From: Squalus acanthias
Lineage: Eukaryota
Direction of reading: 5' to 3'
Assembly (NCBI GenBank): GCA_030390025.1
Contig: CM059432.1
Location: 25,422,001 to 25,486,000 of the forward strand
Length of the DNA: 64,000 bases
Part shown: positions 50,359 through 62,419 of the stretch, piece after piece
Layout of the letters: every line of letters begins with the position of its first letter
How positions within the stretch are numbered: position 1 is the stretch's first letter
Notes under the pieces: model-generated
Database searches by the model: none
Seen by the model: only the letters and a program-made list of their open reading frames with translations
What the model was told of the DNA's origin: nothing
Made by a program: the position numbers and the translations under genes

Positions 50359-51518
50359 ATGGGGGCTGCACTGATTGGGGGCGTCGTCCTGCTCCAGCTG
50401 AATCGGAGGACACAGAGACGCAGAGAGAGAGTGGCAATGATGGCCAGACGGAGGAGGGCCAACAGGCGTATGTACAGGAGAGCTTACCCTCCCAGGGTAT
50501 ATCGTGAACAGCTCTCCTACATTCATATGTCTGAGGAGCTGTGTTTGCGAAGGCTGCGATTCAGCAAGGAGGTGGTCACTGAGCTCTGCCACCTGCTGCA
50601 GCCAGATCTGCAGCCTCAACTGAGGTCCAGGACGTCTCTGTCGGTGGCAGTAAAGGTCACAGTGGCTCTCAACTTCTATGCTACTGGCTCATTTGAAGCT
50701 GCTGCTGGGGACCTCGCCAATATCTCCCAGTTCGTGGTGCATTGCTGCATCCGGCAGGTCACAAATGCCCTCTTTAAAAGGAGACGAGAGTTCATCTCTT
50801 TCCCCATGACCCCAGACAAGCAGCGTGACCGCGCTCTGGGCTTTGCGAGGATAGCGGGCTTCCCCATGGTGCAGGGCGCCATTGACTGCACGCATGTGGC
50901 TTTGCGTGCTCCACATGAGAATGCCGAGGAATTCCGGAACAGAAAGGGGTTCCATTCCTTGAATGTTCAGTTGGTCTGTGACCACAGACAGCTGATACTC
51001 GCTGTCAATGCCCACTATCCTGGCAGCTGCCACGATGCTTTTATCCTGCGCCAGACTACTGTGGCAGAACTTTTCGAGGCACCGCATCAGCCAGTTGGTT
51101 GGCTTCTCGGGGACAAGGGGTATCCATTGAGCACCTGGCTGATGACACCGCTCCGTACGCCCAACACCCCTGCTGAGCTGCGGTACAATGAGAGCATCAA
51201 GCTACCAGGAACATCATTGAGCGCACAATCGGCGTGCTGAAGCAACGGTTCCGCTGTCTCGACCATTCTGGAGGAGCCCTGCAGTACTCGCCTGAGCGAG
51301 TATCCAACTTCGTAGTTGTGTGCTGCATGTTGCATAACATGGCAATCGTCAGGACCCAGCCAATGCCACCAGGCCTTGGAGCACCACCAGAGGAGGAGGA
51401 GGAAGAGGAGGAAGAGGACGAGGAGGATGATCATCAGCAGCACCAAGGCGGGAGGGCGGCCCACAATGGTGAAACTGCAAGGGCCGTCCGTCAACGGCTG
51501 ATAGCAAGCCGCTTCTAG
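50359..51518 (+). pseudogene. Harbinger (HARBI1-like) DDE transposase with one frameshift at ~51195
   Basis: GAIDCTH, NRKGFHSLNVQ, PGSCHD, LLGDKGY. Adding 1 nt restores HQATRNIIERTIGVLKQRF and an acidic C-terminus. Confidence 0.93.
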
Positions 51519-51830
51519 GGCCCCTGCTGTGGAAATGGCTTCTGCCGTTGCTAACAACATCAATGAACCCAGCACGCAACCCCTAAGCCGGCCAAGGCAC
51601 CAATAATTCCAAACACCAAACATGTATATTTTGAATACAAAAACTTATTTATTTTACAAACTCTGTGTGTGTCATTTCCTCATGACAAACTCATAGAAAT
51701 AAACACAAAAAAACAGTCAATAACATAACTGGTTCTCACAACCTGGAGATAATGTCCAAAACACTAAACAAAAGTTGGACCACGAACCTCGGCCTTTAAT
51801 AAAAAAATGACCAGCATTTTGTCACACCTC

Positions 51831-53650
51831 CTACTTTTTGCCCTTCGAGGGTGATCGCCTTCCCTTGCGCACTTCCCCCCTTCTAACCCTACTGCTCCTC
51901 CGTAATGGGACCTCAGTGGCTGCAGCAAGGCTGGTGGAAGGCTGCTGATCGTCAGACCCTGACACTGCAGATGCCCCTGAAGGACGGCCTCGACCAGTTC
52001 TGGGCCTGGAGGGCCTGGCTGCAGACTGCACCAACTCTGCATGGGCGGCAGCAGTCTGTCCTACAGGCGGTGGCAAGTGCAGTGGAGAAGTGACAGTGTT
52101 GGCAGCAGGAATGCTGTCATCGTGAGAGAGGACAGCAACTCCCTGCTCGCCCGACACACTGGCACTCCCACGGGGCAGCACTTCAGCATCCGGAGCAATC
52201 TGCTGGAGCACAGATTGCTGGCCTGCTGCGGCATGGTGAGAGCCCCGGGGACATGTGAATGAACCATCGAGGTTGGCAGCAGTCAGTGCTCGCGTGGCCT
52301 CAATCTGAGTCTGCATGAGAGCAGTCAGAGATGGGATCACGGCAGTCAGTGACTGAATTGCAGCACTAAGCGTTAGTGTGGCATCCTCCTGTGCTACAGC
52401 GAAGTGCTCCACACTCCTTGCCAGTGACTCAATGCATTCGGGCACCCTTCCCACTGCACCCATGAGCTCAGTGTGCATGCCCACCGCCTGGGTGTTCATT
52501 TCTGCGATCAGCCGCTCCTCTGCGTCCATTGCAGTAGGAGTGTCTGGCATACTCTCCCTCTGGGGAGAAGGCCCCCGTTCTTCCCTACCCCCCCCATGGC
52601 GTTGCTGCAGCCCGCTGGGTCCTGGAGCTTCACCATCATCAGCCCCTTCCCCCCTGCTCCCCTCCGGGGAAGGCGTGTTCCCAGTGTGGCCATGGGCTTC
52701 CTCGGGAGAGGGTGGCACTGATGCTCCGGCTTCCTCTTCCTCCTCGGCTGCAGCTTCACTCCCACTGGCAGCTTCAGGGCCCGTCTCCTCAGCTGGTGAA
52801 TCACCATCTGAAAGCAGGGAGGTACAAGAGTGGCTTTAGCGTGAGGACAGGGTGGCAGTAAGGGAGGAATAAGTGCAGCGAGTTAGCAAGTTGGATTGAA
52901 AGTGTCAAAGGCTGGTGTTGTGAGGGACAAGTGGAAGGACAGAGGACAAAAAGGTGATGACCTTACCATTGCTGTCCAGAACGGGGTCGGCGTCTCCAGT
53001 GGCGACGGGACCGATCACCCGGCTTGCCACAATCCTGTGGACGCGCTCCTCCAGATCGCTGAGGGGTTGCAGCTGAGGCCGCCCTCCACCTGTCCGTTGC
53101 TGCTGTCTCCTATTATGCGCCAGCTTGGCCTGCAAGTAAAAGGACAGTATCTGAGTAAATATACAGCCATGGTCTTGCCAAATGTGCCTCCCATAGGTGA
53201 ATAGCCCTTACTGTATACAGCCATGGTCTTGCCTGATGTGCCTCCCATAGGTGAATAGCCCTTACTGTATGCAAAGTGTGGAATGTGTGTGTGTGTTTCA
53301 TGAAAGGGCCATAGGTGTTGGATGAGTGTTGTGCATTGGGGTTTTAAGACCCTCTGGCCATAGAGTGAGGTTGAGATGGAGGGATGGAGAGGTATTGAGA
53401 AAAAGCCACTCACCCTGACGACCCGAGTGAGGTCGTTGAACTTTTTGCGGCATTGAACATGGGTCCTGGGCACCATGCTCCTGGAGGAGACGCTCTGAGC
53501 CACCTCCCTCCACACTCTTCTGTACTCGCGTGGCAAAGGCCTCCTGCCACTCTCAGGGAAGAGTATACATCTTCTGCGCTCCACCGCGCCAACCAGAGCA
53601 TCCAAGGCCTGCTCGGTGAAGCGCTGAGCTCGTTCTCTCACCCTCTCCAT
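51831..53650 (-). CDS. Harbinger Myb/SANT-like DNA-binding protein, 3 exons (53650-53414, 53129-52967, 52807-51831), 458 aa
   Basis: RAQRFTEQALDAL...WREVAQSV...QCRKKFNDL; AKLAHNRRQQQRTGGG. GT-AG introns in phase 0 and 1 give one open frame. Confidence 0.88.
53161..53270. repeat. Tandem duplication, 2 x ~54 bp, in Myb intron 1
   Basis: ATACAGCCATGGTCTTGCC..ATGTGCCTCCCATAGGTGAATAGCCCTTACTGT occurs twice. Confidence 0.92.
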
Positions 53651-56492
53651 CCTTGGCAGCAAAATGGATTCACAGGTCTCTCCAGGCCGAGATTCAAGGC
53701 TGCAATGAGCAGGGTGTGGCTGGGGAGCAAGTTGGCCCCCCCCGCTTTAAGAACTGGCCGGCGCCAGTGTGTCTGTGTTCCCTCGCTAACTGGCAGCACC
53801 TGCGCTGCGCTCGCGCGCTGAGTTAGCGCCTCACTGCTCGGCCTTTGCGCCTTAAGACAGGTGTGCAGCGCCTGATTTAGCGCTCCACTCACCTCCCGGG
53901 GCGGTAAAAGTGAAGTTTCCAGTCAGTGGCGATAATTAGCGCCAGGCGCTAATTTTTGCGTCCAGTCGATATTTGCGCCCCAAACGGGGCGCGACCTAAT
54001 TTTTCCCCCTAAGAGACAAAAGGGATGATGGTGCAAGGCAAAAGAAGATGGTAATGGGACAAGTTAAGAAACAAAAGATTGCTCTCGATGAAGTGTAAAT
54101 GGCAATGGCTGAATGATTGACAGCTGTTGTGTGAGAGAGAGAAAAAAAAAGGAAAAAAAGATAGGGGCAGAGGTTATGGTCTGAAATTGTTGAACTTGAT
54201 GTTGAGTCCAGAAGGCTGTAAAGTGCCTAATCGAAATATGAGGTGCTGTTCCTCAAGCTTACGTTGAGCTTCATTGGAACAGTGTAAGAGGCCGAGGGCG
54301 GAGACGTCAGAGTGGGAGTGGAGCGGAGAATTAAAGTGACAGGTGACCGGAAGCTCGGGGTCACCCTTACGGACTGAACGGAGGTGTTCCACAAAGCGGT
54401 CACCCAATCTGCGTTTGGTCTCCCCAATGTAGAGGAGACCACATCGTGAACAGCGAATACAGTATACTAAATTGCAAGAAGTACAAGTAAATCACTGTTT
54501 CACCTGGAAAGAGTGTTTGGGGCCCTGGACAGTGGGAAGGGAGGAGGTAAAAGGGCATGTGTTGCATCTCCTGCGCTTGCACGTGAAGGTGCCGGGCGAA
54601 GGGGAAGGGGTGTTGGGGTTGATAGAGGAGTGGACCAGGGTGTCGCGGAGGGAGCGGGCCCTTCGGAATGCTGAAAGGGGAGGTGAGGGGAAGATGTGTT
54701 TGGTGGTGGGATCACGCTGGAGGTGGTGGAAATGGCGGAGGATGATCCATTGAATGTGGAGGCTGGTGGGGTGAAAGGTGAGGACAAGGGGAACCCTATC
54801 GTGGTTCCGGGAGGGAGGGGAAGGGGTGAGGGCAGAAGTGCGGGAAATAGAACGGACACGGTCAAGGGCCGTGTCAACCACAGTAGAGGGTAATCCTCAG
54901 TTGAGGAAAAAGAAAGACATGTTGGAAGCACTAGTCTGGAAGGTGGCATCATCAGAGCAGATGCGGCGGAGATGGAGAAACTGGAAGAATGGAATAGAGT
55001 CCTTACAGGAAGCGGGGTGGCAGGAAGTGTAGTCCAGGTAGCTGTGGGAATCAGTGGGCTTGTAGTGAATGTTTGTCAATAGCCTATCCCCAGAGATGGA
55101 GACAGAGAAGTCGAGGAAGGAAAGGGAAGAGTCGGAGATGGACCATGTGATGGTGAGGGAAGGGTGGAAATTGGAAGCAAAGTGAATTAAATTTTCTAGT
55201 TCAGGGCGAGAGCAGTAAACAGCACCGATACAGTCATCAGTGCACCGGAAAAAGAGGTGAGGGAGGGGACCCGAGTAGGACTGGAACAAAGAATGTTCCA
55301 CATATTCCACGAAAAGGCAGGCATAACTTGGGCCCATGCGGGTTCCCATAGCAACACCTTTAATTTGGAGGAAGTGAGTGGAGTCAAAGGAGAAGTTGTT
55401 CAATGTGAGAACAAGTTCAGCCAGGTGAAGGAGGGTGGTGGTGGATGGAGACTGGTTGGGCCTCTGTTCAAGGAAGAAGCGGAGAGCCCTCAGGCCATCC
55501 TGGTGGGGGATGGAGGTGTAGAGCGATTGGACGTCCATAGTGAAAACGAGACGTTGCTACATTTTCCCCTTATACAATACACTGGGGGAAAAATTCGGTA
55601 TCGATCATTTTGGGGTGCTAACATCGCCAGAGACATCAACCCCCTTGGGGACAACAACGGTATGTTCATCACCTCTCCCTCTTCTCTCATACCACTTCCC
55701 CCTCACATCACAAGCCTTTCCCACTTTCCATCTTAAATATACTGTCTCCATTCCTTGTTCTCTTCCTGCCCCCTCCCCCTGACCTTAAGCCCAATCTTGT
55801 GCCTTTATGCTTTCAGATAATCAGCCGCCATGACCATCCTGTCCCTCAGCCTTCCAGTGGCAGCGACGTGGGAGAGGAGGAGGAAGAACAAGCCAGAGCC
55901 TCACTGCCTGTGTTTCCCGAAGGCGCTAGGTCCAATAATGGGGTGACGCAGTCGCTGGAGGGGAGCCTAGCAGATGGGTCTGATGTGGGTGAAGCTCCGG
56001 GACCCAGTGGGCCGCAGCAAGGCCATGGGGAAAGGGAAGCTCGGGGGCCATCTCCCCGGAGGGTGAGTTCGCGCGTGAGTTCTGCGGCACAGGACTCAGA
56101 TGAGGACCTCGATGTGAAGGCGTTGACCAGACAGGCGATGGGCATGCACACCGAGCTCATGGGTGCAATGGCAAGGGTGTCCAAGAGCATGGATGCACTG
56201 GCAAGGAGCGTGGAGGAGTCCGCCTCCAACATTGCACTCAGCTCTACTCACACCATCGAGCCCATCCTTGACAGTTTGCAAAGGATGGTCGACTCGCAGA
56301 GAGACGGTGGGGACCCTGACCTCATGCCGCGTGTCATGGGTGAGGTGGCAGCAGCTATTGCAGCACAGGCCGAAGCAATGCAATGGCTTAGTGCTGTAAT
56401 GGAGTCACTGGTTGCTGGCATGCAATCTCAGACTTCTCTCATGCAGTCTCAGATTGATGCCACACCAGCGCTGACTGCTGCCATCGTTGTGG

Positions 56493-59400
56493 GGGGTTTA
56501 AACTAATTGGCAGGGGGATGGGATATGGAGTGGAGCTATAGTAGGGGGTGATGCACAGCCAAATATGGGGAAAAAAACAAGTCAGCCTGAAAGGCAGAGC
56601 AAATATGTAATTGCACAAGGGAGTATGGCAAGGCTGGATGGCATTTATTTTAATGAGAAGTTGCACAACACCAGGTTATAGTCCAACAGTTTTATTTGAA
56701 ATTACGAGCTTTCGGAGCGCTGCTCCTTCTTCAGGTACAGGAGCAGAGCTCCGAAAGCTCGTAATTTCAAATAAAACTGTTGGACTATAACCTGGTGTTG
56801 TGCGACTTCTCATTTGTGTCCACCCCAGTCCAACACCGGCATCTTCGCATCGTGACATTTATTTTAATGCAAGGAGTCTTGCGAGTAAGGTAGATGAATT
56901 GAAGGTGTTGATGAACACATGGGAGTATGATATTGTTGCTATCACAGAGACATGGTTGAGGGAGGGGCAGGACTGGCAGCTCAATATTCTGGGGTATAGA
57001 ATCTTCAGGCGAGACAGAGGGAGTTTAAAAGAGGAGGGGGTGTTGCAATATTAATCAAGGAGTCAATTACTGCTGTAAGGAGGGATGATATCTTAGCAGG
57101 TTCCTCTAATGAGGCCATATGGGTAGAACTTAAAAACAAAAAGGGGGCAAGCACTTTGCTGGGAGTGTACTATAGGCCCCCAAACAGTCAGGGGGAGATA
57201 GAGGAACAGATTTGTAGGCAAATCTCAGAGAAGTGTAGAAATAATAGGGTAATAATAGTAGGGGATTTCAACTTCCCCAATATTAACTGGGATAGTCAGA
57301 GTGTGAAAGGCTTAGAGGGTGTGAAATTCTTAAAGTGCATCCAGGAGAGCTTTATGAGCCAGCATGTAGAAAGTCCTACAAGAGAGGGGGCGGTACTGAA
57401 CCTAATTCTAGGGAAGGTAGCTGGGCAAGTGGTAGAAGGGTTAGTAGGAGAGCATTTTGGTGACAGTGACCATAATTCGGTGAGATTTAAGGTAGTCATG
57501 GAAAAGGACAAAGATGGACCGGAAATAAAGGTTCTAAATTGGGGGAAGGCCGATTTTAATATGATAAGGCAGGATCTGGCCAAAGTGGACTGGGATCAGC
57601 TACTTGTAGGAAAATCTACATCAGAGCAGTGGGAGTCTTTCAGAAAGGAAACAGAGAGAGTACAACGGCAGCATGTTCCTGTAAAGGTCAAGGGTGGGAC
57701 CAACAAGCCCAGGGAACCCTGGATGTCAAGGGATATACGAGAATGGATTAGGAAAAAAAGGGAGGCTTTTGGCAGATACAAAGGACTAAAAACAGTGGAA
57801 TCCCTAGAGGAGTATAGAAAGTGCAGGGGGGTACTTAAAAAAGAAATTAGGAGAGCGAAGAGGGGGCATGAAATAACACTGGCGGGTAAAATAAAGGAAA
57901 ATCCCAAGGTGTTTTATTAGTATATTAAGGGCAAGAGGATAACCAGGGAAAGAGTAGGGCCCATTAGGGACCAAAGTGGCAATCTGTGTGTAGAGCCAGA
58001 AGATGTAGGTGGGATTTTAAATGAATATTTTGCATCTGTGTTCACTATGGAGAAGGACGATGTAGGCATAGAAATCAGACAGGGGGATTGTGATATACTT
58101 GAACAAATTAGTATTGAGAGGGAGGAGGTACTAACGGCTTTAGCAGGCTTAAAAGTGGATAAATCCCCAGGCCCAGACGAGATGTATCCCAGGCTGCTGT
58201 GTGAGGCAAGGGAGGAGATTGCAGGGGCTCTGACACAAATTTTCAGAACATCTCTGGCCACAGGGGAGGTGCCAGATGACTGGAGAACAGCTAACGTAGT
58301 ACCATTATTCAAGAAGGGTAGTAGGGATAAACCAGGGAATTACAGGCCAGTGAGCCTAACATCAGTGGTCGGGAAATTATTGGAAAAAATTCTGAGGGAC
58401 AGAATTAGTCTCCACTTGGAGAGGCAAGGATTAATCAAGGATAGTCAGCATGGCTTTGTCAGGGGGAGATCATGTCTAACCAATTTGATTGAATTTTTCG
58501 AGGGGGTAACTAGGTGTGTGGATGAGGGTAGTGCAGTTGATGTGGTCTACATGGACTTCAGTAAGGCTTTTGACAAAGTCCCGCATGGGAGATTGGTCAA
58601 GAAGGTAAGAGCCCATGGGATCCAGGGCAACTTGGCACATTGGATCCAAAATTGGCTGAGTGGCAGGAGGCAGAGGGTGATGTTCGAAGGTCGTTTTTGT
58701 GACTGGAAGCCTGTGTCCAGTGGTGTACCGCAGGGATCGGTGCTGGGTCCTTTGCTGTTTGTAGTGTACATTAATGATTTAGATATGAATGTAGGAGGTA
58801 TGATCAGTAAGTTTGCAGATGACACGAAAATTGGTGGGGTGGTAAATAGCGAGGAGGGAAGCCTCAGGCTACAGGACGATATAGACGGGTTGGTTAGATG
58901 GGCAAAACAGTGGCAAATGGAATTTAACCCTGAAAAGTGTGAGGTGATGCATTTTGGGAGGACTTAACAAGGCAAGGGAATACACAATGAATGGTAGGAC
59001 CCTAGGAAGGACAGAGGATCAGAGGGACCTCGGTGTGCAAGTACATAGATCCCTGAAGGCAGCAGGACAGGTAGATAAGGTGGTTAAAAAGGCATATGGG
59101 ATACTTGCCTTCATTAGCCGAGGCATAGAATATAAGAGCAGGGAGGTTATGATGGAGCTGTACAAAACGCTAGTTAGGCCACAGCTGGAATACTGTGTGC
59201 AGTTCTGGTCACTATAGGAAGGATGTGATTGCATTGGAGAGGGTGCAGAGGAGATTCACCAGGATGTTACCTGGCCTGCAGCGCTTCAGCTATGATGAGA
59301 GACTGGACAGGCTGGGGTTGTTTTCCTTAGAGCAGAGCAGGCTGAGGGGGGACCTGACTGAGGTGTACAAAATTATGAGGGGTATAGATAGGGTAGATAG

Positions 59401-59727
59401 AAAGGAACTTTTCCCCTTAGTAGAGGGGTCAATAACAAGGGGGCATAGTTTCAAGGTAAGGGGCAGGAGGTTTAGAGGGGATTTGAGGAAAAACTTTTTC
59501 ACCCAGAGGGTGGTTGGAATCTGGAACTCACTGCCTGAAAGGATGGTAGAGGCAGGAACTCTCACAACATTCAAGAAGCATTTAGATGAGCACTTGAAAC
59601 GCCATAGCATACAAGGCTACGGACCAAGTGCTGGAAAATGGGATTAGAATAGACAGGGCTTGATGGCTGGCGCGGACACGATGGGCCAAAGGGCCTCTTT
59701 CTATGCTGTATAACTCTATGACTCTAT
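56493..59727 (+). mobile_element. CR1 LINE truncated at the ORF1/ORF2 junction, ORF2 with a few lesions
   Basis: IYFNARSL, ITETW, VGDFN, SDH, QHGF, KFADDTK in ORFs 56800-59647; ACTCTATG tail. Confidence 0.95.
56656..56855. mobile_element. 200-bp palindromic PLE family B pLTR insertion with hammerhead (56703-56737, -)
   Basis: 14-bp TSD CATTTATTTTAATG (56642-56655, 56856-56869); ~75-bp inverted arms; UAC-CUGAAGA-AGGAGCAGCGCUCC-GAAA-GC-UC-GUA. Confidence 0.92.
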
Positions 59728-60489
59728 GTCACTGGGGATCTCACGGTGCCGCAGCAGGCCAGCAATCTGTGCTCGAGCAGATTGCTCCGGATGCTGTGGT
59801 TCTGCCCTGGGGGAGTGGCAGTGTGTCGGTTGAGCAGGAAGGTGCTGTCCTCTCTCAAGATGACAGCATTCCTGCTCCCACCACTGCCACTCTGCCATTG
59901 CACTTGTCGCAGCCTGTAACTCAGCCAGCCCAGACTGCTGCCGCCCATGCTGAGTTGGTGCAGTCTGCAGTCGGGCCCTCCAGGCCCAGAGCTGATCGAG
60001 AGCGTCCCGCAAGGCCATCTGCAGTCTTTGGCTCCCAGACTCAGCAGCCTTCCACCAGCCTTGCTGCAGCCACTGGGGCCACATTACGGAGGAGCAGGAG
60101 GTTTGGGAGGGGGGAGCTCAAAGGGGAGGGAGATCATTGAAGAAGGGAGAGTAAGGAATATTTTAGTAGCAAATGGAGGTAGTGTGTGTTAATAAATTGA
60201 TGTGTTTGTAAGTATATTGTTGTGTTTGTGAACAAATAGGTATGCTTGTAAATAAATATTTGTGTTTGGTAACAAATAGTTCAGTTTGATAAGAAAGAAT
60301 TGTGTTTGTTGATAAATGGTTGTGTTTGTTTATGAATAGTCGTGTTTCATAAGACAGAGTTGTGTTCGATAATAAATTGTTAATTTGACGATCCACATTT
60401 TGTGATGTTTATTTGACCTTTGCCCGGTGATAGGGGCTGCGAGCTGGATGTAATGATGTGGTTGTGCTGCGCAAACGCCATGTGATATA

Positions 60490-61990
60490 TCATTGATTGG
60501 AACCGCTGTGTAATGAGGCTCTCAGGAACATCCCTTGCAGAAGCAAGATTGAGTGGCTCCCTCCTCCGTTGCTGCTGCTCTTCTTCTGCCTCCTCCTCCT
60601 CCTCCTCCTCCTCTCCCTCTTCCTGCTCCTGAGGTGGACCTCCAATACCTGGTGGCAATGGCTGTGCCCTCAGAATGGCGAGGTTGTGCAGCATGCAGCA
60701 CACAACGATGAAAAGGGAGACTCGATCAGGGGAGTACTGCAGGGCTCCTCCAGATCCGTCAAGGCAGCGGAACCATTGCTTTAGCACCCCGATAGACTGT
60801 TTGATCAGGTTCCTGGTGGCAGTATGGCTGTCATTGTATGCGTGCTGAGCAGGAGTGTTGGGGTTGTGGAGGGTTGTCATCAGCCAGGTGGCGAGTGGAT
60901 AACCCTTGTCTCCGAGCAGCCAGCCGCGAGCTTCATGTGGTGGGTGGAACAGTGCTGGGACACCAGTCTGTCGCAGGATGAATGCATCGTGGCTGCTGCC
61001 AGGATAGCGGGCATTGACGGCGAGGATGAGCTGTCTGTTGTCGCACACCAACTGAACATTCAGAGAGTGGTAGCCTTTGCGGTTACGGAACACCCTCTAC
61101 ATTGTGATGAGGTGCCCACAGTCAATGGTGCCCTGAATCATGGGGAATCCCGCTATCCTTGCAAAGCCACATGAGCATCGTCCTGCTTCTCTCTGGTGAT
61201 GGGGAATGAGATGTACTCCCTTCTCCTTCTGTAGAGCGTCTGTTACCTGCTGGATGCAGCAATCAACAGCGAACTGCAAAATCTTTCCAATATCCCCTGT
61301 TGAAGCCTGGAAGGAGCCGCTGGCATAGAAATTGGGAACGGTAGCATGGTGGTAATGTTGCTGGACTAGTAATCCAGAGGCCTGGATTAATAATCCAGGG
61401 ACCATGAAACTACCAGATTGTCATAAAAACTCATCTGGTTCACTAATGTCCTTTAGGGAAAGAAATCTGCCATCCTTCCCTGGTCTGGTCTATATGTGAC
61501 TCCAGATCCACAGCAATGTGGTTGACTCTTAACTGCCCTCTGAAATGGCCAAGCAAGCCACTTAAGGGCAATTAGGGATGGGCAATAAATGCCGGCCTTG
61601 CCAGCGATGCCCACATCCCATGAACGAATAATTTTTTTAAAGATAAATTGAGAGTGACTGTGACCTTAACTGCCACTGAGAGAGACATCCTGGTCCTGAG
61701 CTGAGGCTGGAGGTCTGGCTGCAGGAGGTGGCAGAGCTCAGTGACCACCTCCTTGCTGAAGCAGAGACTTCTAAGGCACTGCTCCTCTGAGAGATGAATG
61801 TAGGCGAAGTGCTCCCAGAAAACCCTGGGAGTGTAAGGCCTCCTGTTGCGAGGTCTGTCGGCCCTCCTACCTCTGGCCACATTTGGCAATCTCTGTCTCT
61901 GTATCCGCTGCCTCCGACGTAGTTGCCGGTACAGCCCCAATAAATGAGAGAAAAGAGGATGTAGAAATGTTCAGAGCAATACAAGTGAAG
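60490..61990 (-). pseudogene. Harbinger transposase, disrupted
   Basis: [59 protein letters not shown] insertion and frameshifts. Confidence 0.92.
61335..61644 (+). mobile_element. tRNA-like SINE sharing its 3' end with the LINE at 23590-24657
   Basis: TSD AAATTG (61329-61334, 61645-61650); tail GGGCAATTAGGGATGGGCAATAAA...CACATCCCATGAA. Confidence 0.85.
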
Positions 61991-62419
61991 AAACTGTTAG
62001 AACAGCAACAAAGCAAAAATGGAGAAAATGTGAACACAGCCAAACCGCTATCTGACAAACCAGCAATGAATCTGAGCTCCCAATGAACCGGTAAGTGATC
62101 CCTTTAAATAGCGCCCGGGAGCGGCAATCCCAGGTATCAACTCCTGCTATTTCTGTCGTTCTCAGCGCCAGGTGGTAAGTCGGGGAAGCGACTGAATTTC
62201 GCATCCGGGGTGCTAACGGAGCGTTGCACACTCATTGACGTCACGGTCTGAGCGGCGCTAGAGGGCCCGGCGCTAAGTGCCGACTGAATTTCGCTGGCAG
62301 CGTTGGAATCGCCACGCCTGGGTGATAAGTCCTTAGCGCCCCATTAGCACCCCACCCGGGCGCTGACAGGAGGCGCTAAGGTACCAGATTTCTAGCCCCG
62401 AATTTCTAGCCCACTGAAC

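Larger units (their letters stand above)
49850..54009. mobile_element. Near-intact PIF/Harbinger DNA transposon, 4160 bp
   Basis: TIR GGGGTAAAAATT / AATTTTTCCCCC; TSD TAA at 49847-49849 and 54010-54012. The empty site matches other pLTR copies. Contains convergent transposase and Myb genes. Confidence 0.96.
49597..55545 (-). mobile_element. Penelope family A copy (RT, GIY-YIG, pLTR), interrupted by Harbinger
   Basis: RT MDVQSLYTSIPH, GVAMGTRMGPSYA, RCTDD; GIY-YIG C-term at 54174-54407; pLTR split at 49849/54010. Confidence 0.93.
55584..62399. mobile_element. Second Harbinger, opposite orientation, deleted and carrying nested CR1, pLTR and SINE
   Basis: Left end GGGGGAAAAATTCGG; Myb exon 3 homology at 55818-56490 and 59728-60140; minus-strand transposase 60490-61990; right end ATTTCTAGCCCC. 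Confidence 0.87.

Noticed and set aside
50290..53662. Domesticated host HARBI1 / NAIF1 / MSANTD genes
   Set aside because: Both ORFs lie within TIRs and a TSD, with related copies nearby, so they are transposon genes.
55799..56506. 235-aa ORF ending IVVGGLN
   Set aside because: A chance fusion of Harbinger Myb exon 3 with the first bases of the inserted CR1.
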